From NCBI GenBank assembly GCA_964016885.1, contig OZ024757.1:36766001-36830000 (forward strand): DNA of 64,000 nucleotides, written 5' to 3'. Numbering within the stretch: the stretch's first letter is position 1; each line of letters opens with the position of its first letter. Below are positions 1-12,469 of this stretch, piece by piece. The notes beneath the pieces are model-generated. The model worked only from the letters and a program-made list of their open reading frames with translations. It did not search any database and had not been told where the DNA came from. The position numbers and the translations under genes are program-made. Source of the stretch: Eledone cirrhosa (lineage: Eukaryota).

Positions 1-129
1 GCAGTATGGGTTCTCATCCTTTAAGATATATCTACAAGCTATCAGTTTCTTGTCACAGTGTTTGCAGGCCAGGTGATCTTTGTGGAAATTCTGTTCCATA
101 GCTTTTGTGTATTCGGAAGAAAATATTAA
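1..129 (-). CDS. PET-LIM gene, exon E (LIM2), runs off the window
   Basis: ttttatttcag|TTA; LIFSSEYTKAMEQNFHKDHLACKHCDKKLIACRYILKDENPYC continues ...CDE in frame (LIMPETin-type LIFSGEYTKAM). Not in the ORF track. Confidence 0.93.
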
Positions 130-295
130 CTGAAATAAAAAAGAAAATCAATCATTAGTTATTGAACACAAAGAAAATTTTTTTTTTTTGGTAAATTATA
201 TAAAACTGGGCTGTAAGAAAAAAACTCATCATCATCATCATCGTCGTCATCATCACTATCATCATCAATGTCCATCTTTATGTGAAACTGGAATA

Positions 296-1214
296 CAGGA
301 GACCAGCTAAACCTGCATAGTGGCTGCTATGACAGCATGATAGATTGGGCACCCCTATCATTAGAACACCTGAGAAACCTCCTATGAGATACGACCTTGT
401 AGGAAACCAGTTAAACCTACATAGGTGTGAGCTGTAACAACAACTTGATAGGACTGGGGTCCCTCTTATCCTTAAAACACCTGAGAAACCTCCTATGAGA
501 TATGACCTAGTAGGAAACCAGTTAAACCTACACAGGTGTGAGCTGTAACAACAACTTGATAGGACTGGGGTCCCTCTTATCCTTAAAACACCTGAGAAAC
601 CTCCTATGAGATATGACCTAGTAGGAAACCAGTTAAACCTACACAGGTGTGAGCTGTAACAACAACTTGATAGGACTGGGGTCCCTCTTATCCTTAAAAC
701 ACCTGAGAAACCTCCTATGAGATATGACCTAGTAGGAAACCAGTTAAACCTACACAGGTGTGAGCTGTAACAACAACTTGATAGGACTGGGGTCCCTCTT
801 ATCCTTAAAACACCTGAGAAACCTCCTATGAGATATGACCTAGTAGGAAACCAGTTAAACCTACACAGGTGTGAGCTGTAACAACAACTTGATAGGACTG
901 GGGTCCCTCTTATCCTTAAAACACCTGAGAAACCTCCTATGAGATATGACCTAGTAGGAAACCAGTTAAACCTACATAGGTGTGAGCTGTAACAACAACT
1001 TGATAGGACTGGGGTCCCTCTTATCCTTAAAACACCTGAGAAACCTCCTATGAGATACGACCTAGTAGGAAACCAGTTAAACCTACACAGGTGTGAGCTG
1101 TAACAACAACTTGATAGGACTGGGGTCCCTCTTATCCTTAAAACACCTGAGAAACCTCCTATGAGATACGACCTAGTAGGAAACCAGTTAAACCTACATA
1201 GGTGTGAGCTGTAA
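296..1214. repeat. 111-bp tandem repeat, ~7.6 near-identical copies plus one degenerate lead-in copy
   Basis: ctgagaaacc recurs at 370, 481, 592, 703, 814, 925, 1036 and 1147. Confidence 0.95.
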
Positions 1215-2579
1215 ATTGTGTTTTTTTTTCAACAAGAGCTGGTGGTGGGGTTGGATACAAATGAAATCCCTTTTCTTTAACAATGGAACAGTCTACAGCC
1301 TGTGTCTCCCCTCGATTGCTCTATTATTGTACTTTCCTTGAAATTTCTGAAACTATCAGAAATAACGCAAAGAATGTACGAAATTGTGATAAGATTACAT
1401 AAGAAGAGAAAGTGAAACGATTTCATATAGGTGAGATATGTCATAACAATAGTTCCCGGAAATGTTTTACAGTTCATACTCAAGTTGTTTAGAGTTATGG
1501 GATGGTAGGGCTGGAATTTCTACAGCGATATGATTTTATAAGGAATCTTATAAGAATCTGATGCAGATTCTTTATAAACCTTCCAGCTCATATATCTCCC
1601 CGAAGGAAAGCAATTAGTCTTGAATTAGAATGTCTGGTATTTTGTTTTTCATGTATGACTACAATTATTATTATCATTATTATTATTTCACGGTTACACT
1701 GTTGAATTGGCCCTTATCATATTTATTGTGTACATAAATCATCATCATCAATATCACAAACACCATCATCATCACTTATAACACCACCACCACCACCATC
1801 AACCCCTTTATAAACTCCCTTCCGCAAACAACCACCACCACCACCATTACCATTGCTGTCACTCCCCACCGCCACCCACAGCTGCCAATATCATCCTTAT
1901 TATCATAATTTACGGTAATAACTATTTTTCTAAGGGAAGGGAGTACAGAGAAAGGGGAAGAAGGGAGAGATATGTGTGTACGTGTGTGGAGAGAGAGGGA
2001 GAGAGAGATGGGGGGGGGGGGGGGTGGAAAGGAGATATGCATATTTTGGAGAAAAGAAAATACAGCCACATAACTGAAGATATTCTTCCCAATAGAGGGA
2101 AATACCTTTACCAAAGATGTTATATAATTAGCAGAACATACTGCAATGCAATCATTCTGTTAGCGCTGGCTGTGAAATTGTATTCTTTGTCGGTGCCAAC
2201 CAACAGATTACCAGGTATGTTGATATACCTATGAGAACTCACAGAACAGCTTTACTTTCAATAATACTATATATGTGAGGGTATATGGGGTGAATTCATT
2301 CATCATCATCATCGTTTGATGTCTATCTTCCACGCTAGCATGGGTTAGACGGGAGTTGTCCCAATTGAGGCAAGATTGGTTGGGTGACCGTGTCTCGCTC
2401 GTATAGGACCATCTGGCAGGTTTTCTATGGCTGGATGCCCTTCCTAACAGCAACCACATTTACAGTGTGGATTTGTATTACTAAATCTCGCCAGATACTT
2501 GATTATTTGAAAATCATAGACAGAAAACCATAGACAGAGTCTTTCATTAGAAATATGTTAATGAAAGGGTTGTAGGCCA

Positions 2580-2735
2580 CAATTTGACAGAGTTGTTAGA
2601 ACATCGGATAGAGTGCCTTGCAGTATTTGTTCTGGCACTCTGCTCTCTGAGTTCAAATCCCGCTGAGGTCAATGTTGCCTTTCATCCATTTGAGGTTGAT
2701 AAAATAAAGTACCAGTCGAGTACTGGGGTCGATTC
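2580..2735 (+). mobile_element. tRNA-derived SINE with Meta-like central domain (family B)
   Basis: B-box gagttcaaatcc followed by ttgcctttcatcc...gataaaataaagtaccag...tggggtcgat; same family as 63413-63580. Confidence 0.75.
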
Positions 2736-3426
2736 TTCCTCTATATATCTCTTTCTCACTTCCTTTCTCTCACTCTCTATCTTGATAGTGATGATAATGG
2801 TGGTGGTTGTGGTGATGGTGTGATAATGAAGATGGTGATACTGATGATATTGATGATGGTGATGGTTATGATGATGATGATGATGATGGTGATGGTGATG
2901 GTGATGGTGATGATGATGATGATTGTAATGATGATGGTGATAATGATCATAATGATGGTGGTGATGATAGTGGGAATAATGATGATGATGATGATGGTGT
3001 TAATAATAATTGTTTCTACTTTTGGCACAAGGTCAGCAATTACCCAGTGCATTACTGGTACTTTATTTTATCGTCCCCGTAAGGATGAAAGGCAAATTTG
3101 ATGGTATTGATGATGATGATACTGATGATAATGATGACAATGGTCATAATGATGACAACAACGGCGATGGTGAACATAAAGGCAACTGCAATTACGTAAT
3201 CAATAAACCAATGAAGCAATCAATATATTCTAATATATTAACCAATATCTGATCAGAATTCTAGTATTAGAGTCTCTGGTAATAAAATGGTAAAATTAGA
3301 ATATGTCTGTTGATAGAGGGATTAATTGATTGTTGTTGGCTTACTGAAGCATGGAACATGGTTTGGTACTCTCAAAATATATTTAATGGTTAGGTATATA
3401 TATATATATGGGTATATATATATATG

Positions 3427-3487
<61 letters not shown>

Positions 3488-3839
3488 CCATATACATAGA
3501 GGCATAGATATACACACACATAGACATATATACACATGCACACATACACAGACCAACAGGCACAAAGACAAAGACCAACAGACACACTGACCAACACACT
3601 CAAACATGCAAGCATAGACAAGCCAACTCACACACACACAGGCCCACACACACATACAGCCCCCCCCCCCCCACACACACACACATACAGCCCCCTCCCC
3701 CCACACACACAGACAGACAGTCATGAAGATTATGTAAGCTTTGAAAATACATTAGACACACACACACATACTCATTCACACTTCCACATAGGCAAACATA
3801 CATACACTCACACAAACAGATAGACATACATAGATTTTT

Positions 3840-5130
3840 AAGGTTCCAGACATCGCGACCATCTGTATCTTATGAATTAAGGAGCTAAGTCCTTTAGAGG
3901 ATTTGTTCACTCCCCTAGTTTGGTTGAATGAACATCTCTTCTATAGGTTTTTTGTAAGTGTATGCGCCACAAACAGTTCATAAAAGACATATCTCGATGA
4001 TTATATATACATGATTATATATACATGATTATATATACATAAGCATTTTAATCACTGAAATAAACGAGACAGGTTACTACATCTGATGCTCCTTGACTTC
4101 ATGTCAGATATTGTCATAAAGGGGATGCGTTGAAATGTATCGTTGACCACATGGTGCATTATAGATGTGACAGGCCAACAAACACGTCTTGTTGGCATGA
4201 AAGTCAAAGTCGGAAGAGATAGCCTTCAGCTAATGACGTCAGAACTAAGGGCAGTTAATAGTCTGTTTTTAAAGCCAGACACCAGGTGGCGTCATCTTGA
4301 TACAGTCCTTTCTCCCTAAATCAATGTTCATACATACTTTGGGCATCCTGTAGGATGAAAAACAAAACCCATTCAAGGGTGGAGGAACTAAGGAGAGTCA
4401 ACGGCCATCCAATAAAGTTTTCTTTTTATTGTGGAGCGAGAAACTCCTAGTCTTCATTAAGACATCTCTCTAGAAGTTCACTCTGATATAAAACATGCGA
4501 CTTTGTTTGCATCCAATGATGTAGACCAGTTCTTCTTTTTGGGCAAATACATTCAATGTTCAGAGAGTGGGATTTGCCCCGTGCAAAGCCTTTCCTCACT
4601 TAAAGCTTCAAGCACAGGCAATGTTTGATATGTGACATTTTTGGCGATACATGGTATTGCAAGCAACTGACTTGGTAAACACCCACAAAATTGTTAACCA
4701 TGTTGCCAACAACAACCCTGAGTACCTTTTCGATTTCCATGTGTCTAACACACGTGGACATACCCACAAAGTAAGAAAACAGCACAGTTCCCATGACTTT
4801 CGGAAACATTTTTTCACGCTCAGAGTTGCTGAAGCATGGAACAAACTACCTGCATCAGTTGTTAGCTGTCGAGACACTGCATCCTTTAAGGCCTCCATGC
4901 TTCCCGAGATCCGCCAACACTACAGCTAACACATACACACATGTACTTCCCTGACATTTGTGTATTATTCTATGTACTATATTGACGAGTTGTAGTGCAC
5001 CTGAGCACTTTACACAATAATTTCATTATTATTAAAGTCCCTAGAAGGACTAAAAAGCCACGTACGTGATGCTCATGCTTAAGTATCAAGCGATGGCATT
5101 ACTCACAAGTTGCAGCCATCACGTACGTAT
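3840..5130 (-). pseudogene. Decayed Penelope-like element 3' half (linker, GIY-YIG-like endonuclease, pLTR remnant), interrupted by a CR1 fragment
   Basis: Stop- and frameshift-ridden minus-strand reading GCNL...PCIAKNVTYQ...EERLCTGQ...LYWMA...SLVPPPLNG resembles PLE C-x2-C...C-x-S-x-NVIY...YIGQT...E-x2-WI...L-x-P-x-GLN; degenerate hammerhead-like motif near 3985-4060. Confidence 0.5.
4663..5032 (+). mobile_element. CR1-clade LINE, 5'-truncated 3' end
   Basis: HFFTLRVAEAWNKLPASVV C-terminus, 3' UTR ending gttgtagtgcacctgagcac and (TTA)n tail; nearly identical to 42805-43410. Confidence 0.9.
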
Positions 5131-5337
5131 GTCTGTATATATACGATGTTGATGACTTCGATATACAAAATATAGTCAGAACACATGCAGATATCATCAG
5201 ATATATTAGGTTACAGTGTTGAATAAAAACATTCTGTTGTTTATACACACAAATACTGACATAATTATACACACACACACATATACACCTACACTTATAT
5301 ATATATAAATGGAAAATGGACGTTAAACAGTGATGAT

Positions 5338-5427
<90 letters not shown>

Positions 5428-5687
5428 TATATACACTGTTGTTTGTTATTTATGAATACCTTGTGGTAATACAATCTCAGCTTGTTTATGTTATGTACAA
5501 AATGATATCAAGAGAAAAATAATAACGTTAATAATAATAATTATAATAGCTACACCAGGCAGTATCATATACACATAAGAATGGTGTCTACAATGTCACA
5601 GAGCCTACATATATCCATATATTGAGGGCTGGTGCTACTGTTAAGGCTACATAGGGCACAGACCTCAGAGAGGTGCATTACTGAATC

Positions 5688-5915
5688 TTAACACTTTAGC
5701 ATTTAAACCAGCCATATCCAGCCAGAAATCTCTCACCTTTTTCTGTTCAAACCAGCTGTAACCGGCCACTCATTCTGACTTTAAGGTATTGTTCTCAAAA
5801 TGAATAATATCAAATTCTCATAGATTCAATATTATGTGAGATATTATGTGAGATAAAGCCTTTACTGTGAAAATACAATAGTATATATAGAGTAAGGTGA
5901 ATGCTAAACGGTTAA
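5688..5915. mobile_element. piggyBac-type MITE family A (~200-230 bp)
   Basis: TTAA-c(a)ctttagcatt ... aatgctaaa(c)gg-TTAA; same family at 20263, 24330, 32177, 33836, 50291, 50901 and 59570. Confidence 0.8.
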
Positions 5916-6248
5916 AGGATCACATTTTTAGACCTATTTGTATATTAAGGCCAACTAGCCAGTCACCTACGGTACAAACCTCAGAGATGTGCATTATTCA
6001 ACCTAAAGGATCATAGTTTTATTTGTATGTATTTGTATATCATACATACAGGGCTGGTGCTACGATTAAGGCCAACTAGGTAGCCACTTAGCGTACAGAC
6101 CTCAAAGAGGCACTTACTGAACCTTATAGGATCACAGTTTTATACAAGTTTGTATAATTAAATTAGATATATAATAATTTCCTGTGATCAATAAAAAAAA
6201 TCACTAAAATATATTTTCCTTGACACTGATTCTTAATACTTAGATATA

Positions 6249-6307
<59 letters not shown>

Positions 6308-6315
6308 GACATACA

Positions 6316-6348
<33 letters not shown>

Positions 6349-6354
6349 TTATTA

Positions 6355-6509
6355 TAAGAACAGATTAAAGTTTAAGTAAACAATCGCTGCTTTCACCCTT
6401 AGAGGGATCTTCTGAAATTTTTGCTCTACAGGTTTATATATATATATATTATATATATATAATCCTTATCGAACCCTCTTCGGATTTTAGTTTTCACATT
6501 TATTATTAC

Positions 6510-6512
<3 letters not shown>
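6355..6512. mobile_element. PLE-like short insertion with inverted 5' part and degenerate hammerhead
   Basis: Minus strand cagaaga-tccct-cta-agggt-GAAA; tail ttgctctacagg...atccttatcga...tttattattacta shared with 16080-16170, 21385-21430 and 36700-36800; lies in (TA)n. Confidence 0.55.
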
Positions 6513-6544
<32 letters not shown>

Positions 6545-6874
6545 TAGGTTATATTGGGGTTTACCAATATATGCCCTGGTAAAGATTATAGAAGCTCAAT
6601 GCTAATCTGTATCCTTGGTCCTGAAGATATGTAGACCAGCAGACTAATGCCCAATATATATTGAGGTATGGCCAGCTGTTATATATTGATATGTATGTAT
6701 AGTAAAGTTATGTTATAAGTCTAAATTGGTTATTTACTATATATATACAGTTCTCATAACAACAACAAATGCATAAATTACATCTTGGATTGCATAAGAG
6801 AACCATTGAAATAATTATTATGAAAAAACGATTTATGTAACATCAGTATATTTCTTAATGTTATATATATATAT

Positions 6875-7088
6875 ATAAGTATTGAAGTTTCCGTTGAACA
6901 TTGAAAAAGTCAGAGGAATGAAGAGTGCTCTATGTAAGTTACAGAGCTAAATATTTAATGTATAATAAACAATACAATATAATTACCTCATTACCAAAGG
7001 TTTCCCGAATAAGACGAATACAAGAAATGTCCGCATTCGTTCGTCAGACAAGGCAAAAGGTAATTATATTGTATTGTTTATTATACAT

Positions 7089-7092
<4 letters not shown>
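6875..7092 (-). mobile_element. PLE pLTR-like fold-back insertion
   Basis: ~35-bp inverted arms (6953-6988 / 7058-7092) around a hammerhead; same family as 44052-44535 and 45845-45975; flanked by (TA)n. Confidence 0.7.
6985..7054 (-). ncRNA. Minimal type I hammerhead ribozyme motif, intact core
   Basis: gccttgt-CTGACGA-a-cgaatg..tattcg-g-GAAA-cc-ttt-gg-TA-atgaggt: helix I (with GU pairs), helix II, 3-bp helix III, GUA cleavage triplet. Confidence 0.65.
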
Positions 7093-7166
<74 letters not shown>

Positions 7167-7462
7167 TTTGTTTTTCTTTTAAAAAGATTTAAAACAGTGA
7201 AGAAGAAATGGTTAACCACATTACTAAGAGTTTCTGGGTATTTATAATCATCCTTGGCATTGACACACACAGCCTCTCTCTCACATACACACACACACAC
7301 AGTCTCTCTCTCTCTCACACACATAGTCTCTCTCATATATACACGCTCACACACATGCGGAGTCTCTCTCATAAATATATATATATACACACACACACAC
7401 AGTCTCTCTAACACACATTCAGAGTCTCTCTCATACACACACACACACACACACACAGTCTC

Positions 7463-7532
<70 letters not shown>

Positions 7533-8044
7533 CCTCACTTACACAGCCTATCTCTCTCTCTCTCTCTTACACTCACAGAACAATATACCGTAACACACAA
7601 ACACATACACACAGAGTATCACACAATCTCTCTCTCACCTATACTCACACATACCGTCACACACAAACACATACAGACACACACAGTCACACTCAGACAC
7701 AGCCACACACAGGTTGGAGGTGGGGGACACTATTTGAGGTTGACAAACACTTAGTCAGGTAATCAGATATCAATAATTGCTGCTAATTATCTCGATTATT
7801 CAAGTGGCTCTCCTACCTTCCACCCACCCCAACATCACCTCCTCAACATCCCCACACCACCCACATATACTGCAATACACACATATCTACTGATATAAAC
7901 ACACACATACACATATCTACTGATATAAACACACACAACACTTGTTTGGAATTACTGATATATATAAACATATATTTGCAAACATAAACACGCACTTATT
8001 CACTGATTATATAAATATATATATATACACACACACATTTGGCA

Positions 8045-8109
<65 letters not shown>

Positions 8110-8115
<6 letters not shown>

Positions 8116-8394
8116 TCTAACACACGTGGACATGCCCACAAAGTAAGAAAACAGCACAGTTCCCATGACTTTCGGAAACATTTTTTCACGCTCAGAGTTG
8201 CTGAAGCATGGAACAAACTACCTGCATCAGTTGTTAGCTGTCGAGACACTGCATCCTTTAAGGCCTCCATGCTTCCCGAGATCTGCCAACAGAACAGCTA
8301 ACACATACACACATGTACTTCCCTGACATTTGTGTATTATTCTATGTACTATATTGATGAGTTGTAGTGCACCTGAGCACTTTACACAATAATT

Positions 8395-8415
<21 letters not shown>
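8110..8415 (+). mobile_element. CR1-clade LINE 3' fragment
   Basis: Same C-terminus and tail as 4663-5032; starts within a (CA)n tract. Confidence 0.9.
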
Positions 8416-8434
<19 letters not shown>

Positions 8435-8594
8435 TATATATTTACTTGCGTGATGTGCTTAGAATGATGTCTTGCATAAGTTCTACAGAGGCTTCTCTTT
8501 TATCATCATCACTAGTTCCCGTCCCACCCTTGCAAGCAGGGAAAAGCGGACGTAAAATGATGATGATGATGATGACTACCACCACAATCAGAGC

Positions 8595-8627
<33 letters not shown>

Positions 8628-9514
8628 TAACAACACCATTAGCATTGTCATCATCCTCATAATTATCATTGTCGTCATCATCATCACCATTATCATTGTT
8701 GTCATTGCAATCATCATCATCATCATCACCACCACAATCACCACCATCATTGTCACCACCACCACCACTAGCACTACTACTACCACCATCATCATCCCTA
8801 ACATCATAATCATCATCATCATCACCACCACCATCACCACTGCTACCTCCATCATCATCATCATCATCACCAACACCACCAACACCACCACCACCACCAG
8901 ATTTAAGACAAATGAGGCCCTGTGTTAGTTAAGTTGTGAGGCCCCTTCCTTGGGCCCTGAAGGAAGGCCTAAAAAGTTTTTTGCCAGGAAGATGGATCCC
9001 TGCCCACTTCCTGGCCAATGGGGCCATGTGCTTAAACACACCTAAGCACAATGGTAAATCCAGCACTGTAAGTTACAGGGTCGATCAAATAAAGCACCAG
9101 TAATACACCAGGGCTGATTCAATCCACTTTCCCTTTCCCTCATCCCCTCCACTGAAAAAAAACAACATATTATTAGCCCTGTGCCTAAATCAGAACCCAT
9201 ATTAAAACAATAACTCTATAAGATGTCAATGCCTCAATATGGTTGAAGTGGGAGAGAATGAATGCTGTGTGTGCACAAGTATATTGAATGGGGTGGGCTG
9301 GGTGGGTAGAAAATACTACATTCTAGGTTGGTACTTTGATACTGATGGTGTGCTCCTTATAGTTGACAAAACAAACAGGTGGTGTAGGTAGTTATTGGAT
9401 CAACTGACCCCATTCTAAAGAGTTTACAAACAATCCAATTGCATTCATAGAGTTTCTTTCTCTTTTCTCTGATATTCTTCTTACCAAGAACTCAACCTGA
9501 CCTAAATATTTAGC

Positions 9515-9546
<32 letters not shown>

Positions 9547-9707
9547 GTATATGTGTGTGTGTGTATATATTACATTACATAATTATTTTGTTTTCTGCAA
9601 TATTCTTATATAAGTGAGCTCTGGAATGGGTGTTTTCGAATCTTACTTCCATTGAGCTTTTACAGAACAATGAAATTGAGATGCCTCATTTTGATATATA
9701 TATATAT

Positions 9708-10080
9708 GGGATAACAAGTTATCGTTTTAGGTAATCCAGTTAGAGGTTGTGAGTACTCTGTTCTATGGATATATGGATAGTTCTAACGGGTGGCGTTGTT
9801 TCCAACAAGAAGTTTCCTTAGTTAAGTAGCGAGTTTACGAGAATTCCCATGCAGGTTATTCTTGGAGTAATAATAGTGAAAGAATGAAGAATAACATGGT
9901 CGGCTGCACAAAAAGGGTTTTATTTACAGTATTAACAATTGTTTCATTGATCAGGTGAGTCTAAAGATCGCTGATCACTCGAAATTATGTCACTCACCTG
10001 ATCAATGAAACAATTGTTAATATTATAAATAAAACCCTTTTTGTGTAGCCGACCATGTTATTCTTCACTCTTTCACTATA
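9708..10080. mobile_element. PLE-like fold-back element with a hammerhead-like core in the loop
   Basis: ~88-bp inverted arms 9873-9960 / 9992-10079; loop CTAAAGA-tcgctgatcactc-GAAA-ttat-GTC. Confidence 0.65.
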
Positions 10081-10267
10081 TATGAAAGTTATATATTTGA
10101 GTTGTAGTGCACCTGAGCACTGTACACAATATTTCATTATTATATATATATAGAGAGAGAGATAGAGATAGATAGATAGATAGATATATTATAAAGAAAT
10201 ATGTGGGGAAAAAGGTAACAGAAAGGTAACAGAAAGGAGACACAAAGACACAAAGACAATTCCTGTA

Positions 10268-10692
10268 CTAGTCTGGTACATTTTTTATTAACCTCGAATG
10301 GATGAAATGAAAAGCAAAGTTGACCACGGTGGGATTTGAACTCAGAGAGCCTAAACTATTACCACAAAGTATTCTATCTGTCATTCTAATGATTCTGTCA
10401 ATTTGCTGCCACCTATCATTATCACCATCACCATCATCATCATCATCATCATCATCACCACCACCACCACCACCACCACCACCATCACTATCATCACTAT
10501 CAAGATAGAGAGTGAGAGAAAGGAAGTAAGAAAGATGTATAGAGGAAAAATTGACCCCAGTACTTAACTGGTACTTTTTTGTTATCAACCACAAAGTTGA
10601 CCAAGGCAGGATTAGAACTCAGAGAGCCGAAACGGATAGCCACAAAATCTTCTATCTGACGCTCTAATGACTCAGCCATTTCACCGCCACCC
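10268..10692 (-). mobile_element. Two degenerate family-B SINEs
   Basis: Reverse complement of B-box (ggatttgaactc) and Meta-like domain at ~10270-10410 and ~10550-10690. Confidence 0.65.
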
Positions 10693-11340
10693 ATCTATGT
10701 ATATAGTATTTATTAATAGTAAACTGTTTATTATCAAAGTTTTACTGAAGTTGCCCCCCCCCCCCCAGTTACAAATGCCCTACCTGTTGACACCTTTAAA
10801 AGAACAAACAGATTAGATCAGCTATTATGTTGATACCTGAACTGAAACATGATGGTAAATGAGAATATTACATCGATGTGGGGTGGGGTCGGATGTTGGT
10901 GGAGTGTGTATGAGTGGGGTGGGGTGGGGTTAGCAATCAGATTCATGTTCCTCTACATTAGAGAAATAAATCAAAGTTTATCAAGAGATCAGGTACCATA
11001 AAATAACAGATAACACCAAGTAGTAGTGGTGGTGGTGGTAGTGATGGTAGTGTTAGTAGTAGTAGTGGTGGTGGTGGTGGTAGTGGTGGTAGTAGTAGTA
11101 GTCCACCTGAGCTTCTTCAGAACAGCGAAGAAAAAACAAAACAAAAAACAGACCACACAAAAAAATCCCTTCTACCATTTTACTATGATAAAAACACACA
11201 CACACATTGTGATGATAAACACATACTCACACTATGATAGAAACACACGCACACACACACTTTATGATGAGAAACACATCTTATGATGGGGGAATCTACT
11301 GGCAAATATTCCGGTATATTCTAATCTATCTAGCATCAGG

Positions 11341-11424
<84 letters not shown>

Positions 11425-11509
11425 CTGTAGTTTGTCATTAACAACCACAGATAACAACATCTAACAGAAATTGGAGGATTTATCAGTTACTTTCAAGATA
11501 AATCTAAGA

Positions 11510-11545
<36 letters not shown>

Positions 11546-12079
11546 CAAATTTAATATATAAATGGCTTTTACAGGACTAGAACTGACATGGCCCTTATTT
11601 TGATATCTACTATTTTTTAAATTCTGGCTGTGTAGATTATTTTGATGAATTTCTTTTTACTTTTTGGTATTTAAAATATGTTCATCTGATGGTTTAACTT
11701 AGAATAATAATGTTGGCGCTAGGAAGGGCATCCAGCTGAAGGAACCAAGCGAAAATTGGTTCTGTATGAGCAAGAGATGGTCACCTGACAAGCCTTGTTC
11801 AGAACAGGATAACTCGTCTAACCCATTCCCCTGTAGAAAAATGGGTGGTTAAACGGTGATGATGATGATGATGATAGACAAAAATATATTAATAAAAATT
11901 AAAGAATTTTTGGAAATGTTTAATTCGTTCAAAAGGCCACACAGAATGGCATAGAAGGCCACATGTAGCCTTAAGGCCACAGGTTTCTCATCTCTGATGT
12001 AGACAATGCTTTATATAAAAGAAATCAGAATGGTTACTTTGGTCACAACTGGAAGAATGTTTTGATCAAAGGTTTAGCT

Positions 12080-12469
12080 CAGAGATTCTTAATCATTTTG
12101 GGCCACGGCCCCCCTCACGGCCATCCATGTAATACCCTTAGCACCCTCAACCCTATTTCCAGAAAGACCTGCCTGTACACAAATTGTAAATAATATATAA
12201 TTAATAAAATCGTTAATTTATATATGATAATTTATATAATATATACTATGTATAAATATGTTAATTTATATATGATAATTTATATAATATATAGTATGTA
12301 TAAATAAATATATATTTTTTATTTTACTATATTCATATATATGTATCATTTGATATTTAATATACTATTATATCATCTCTACCACCCTCACCGTCCCCTT
12401 AGGCTCCAGCGCTCTCTGGACCCTCTCAATGCCCCCGGGGAGCAGTAACGCCCACTTTGAGAGCTTCTG
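12080..12469. mobile_element. hAT-type MITE
   Basis: Imperfect TIRs cagagattcttaa / ttgagagcttctg; 8-bp TSD gtttagct / atttagct. Confidence 0.6.

Noticed and set aside
296-1214. Regular arrays (also 32920, 47165, 54560, 59735) as CRISPR
   Set aside because: Head-to-tail units with no unique spacers, no cas genes, and a eukaryotic intron context.
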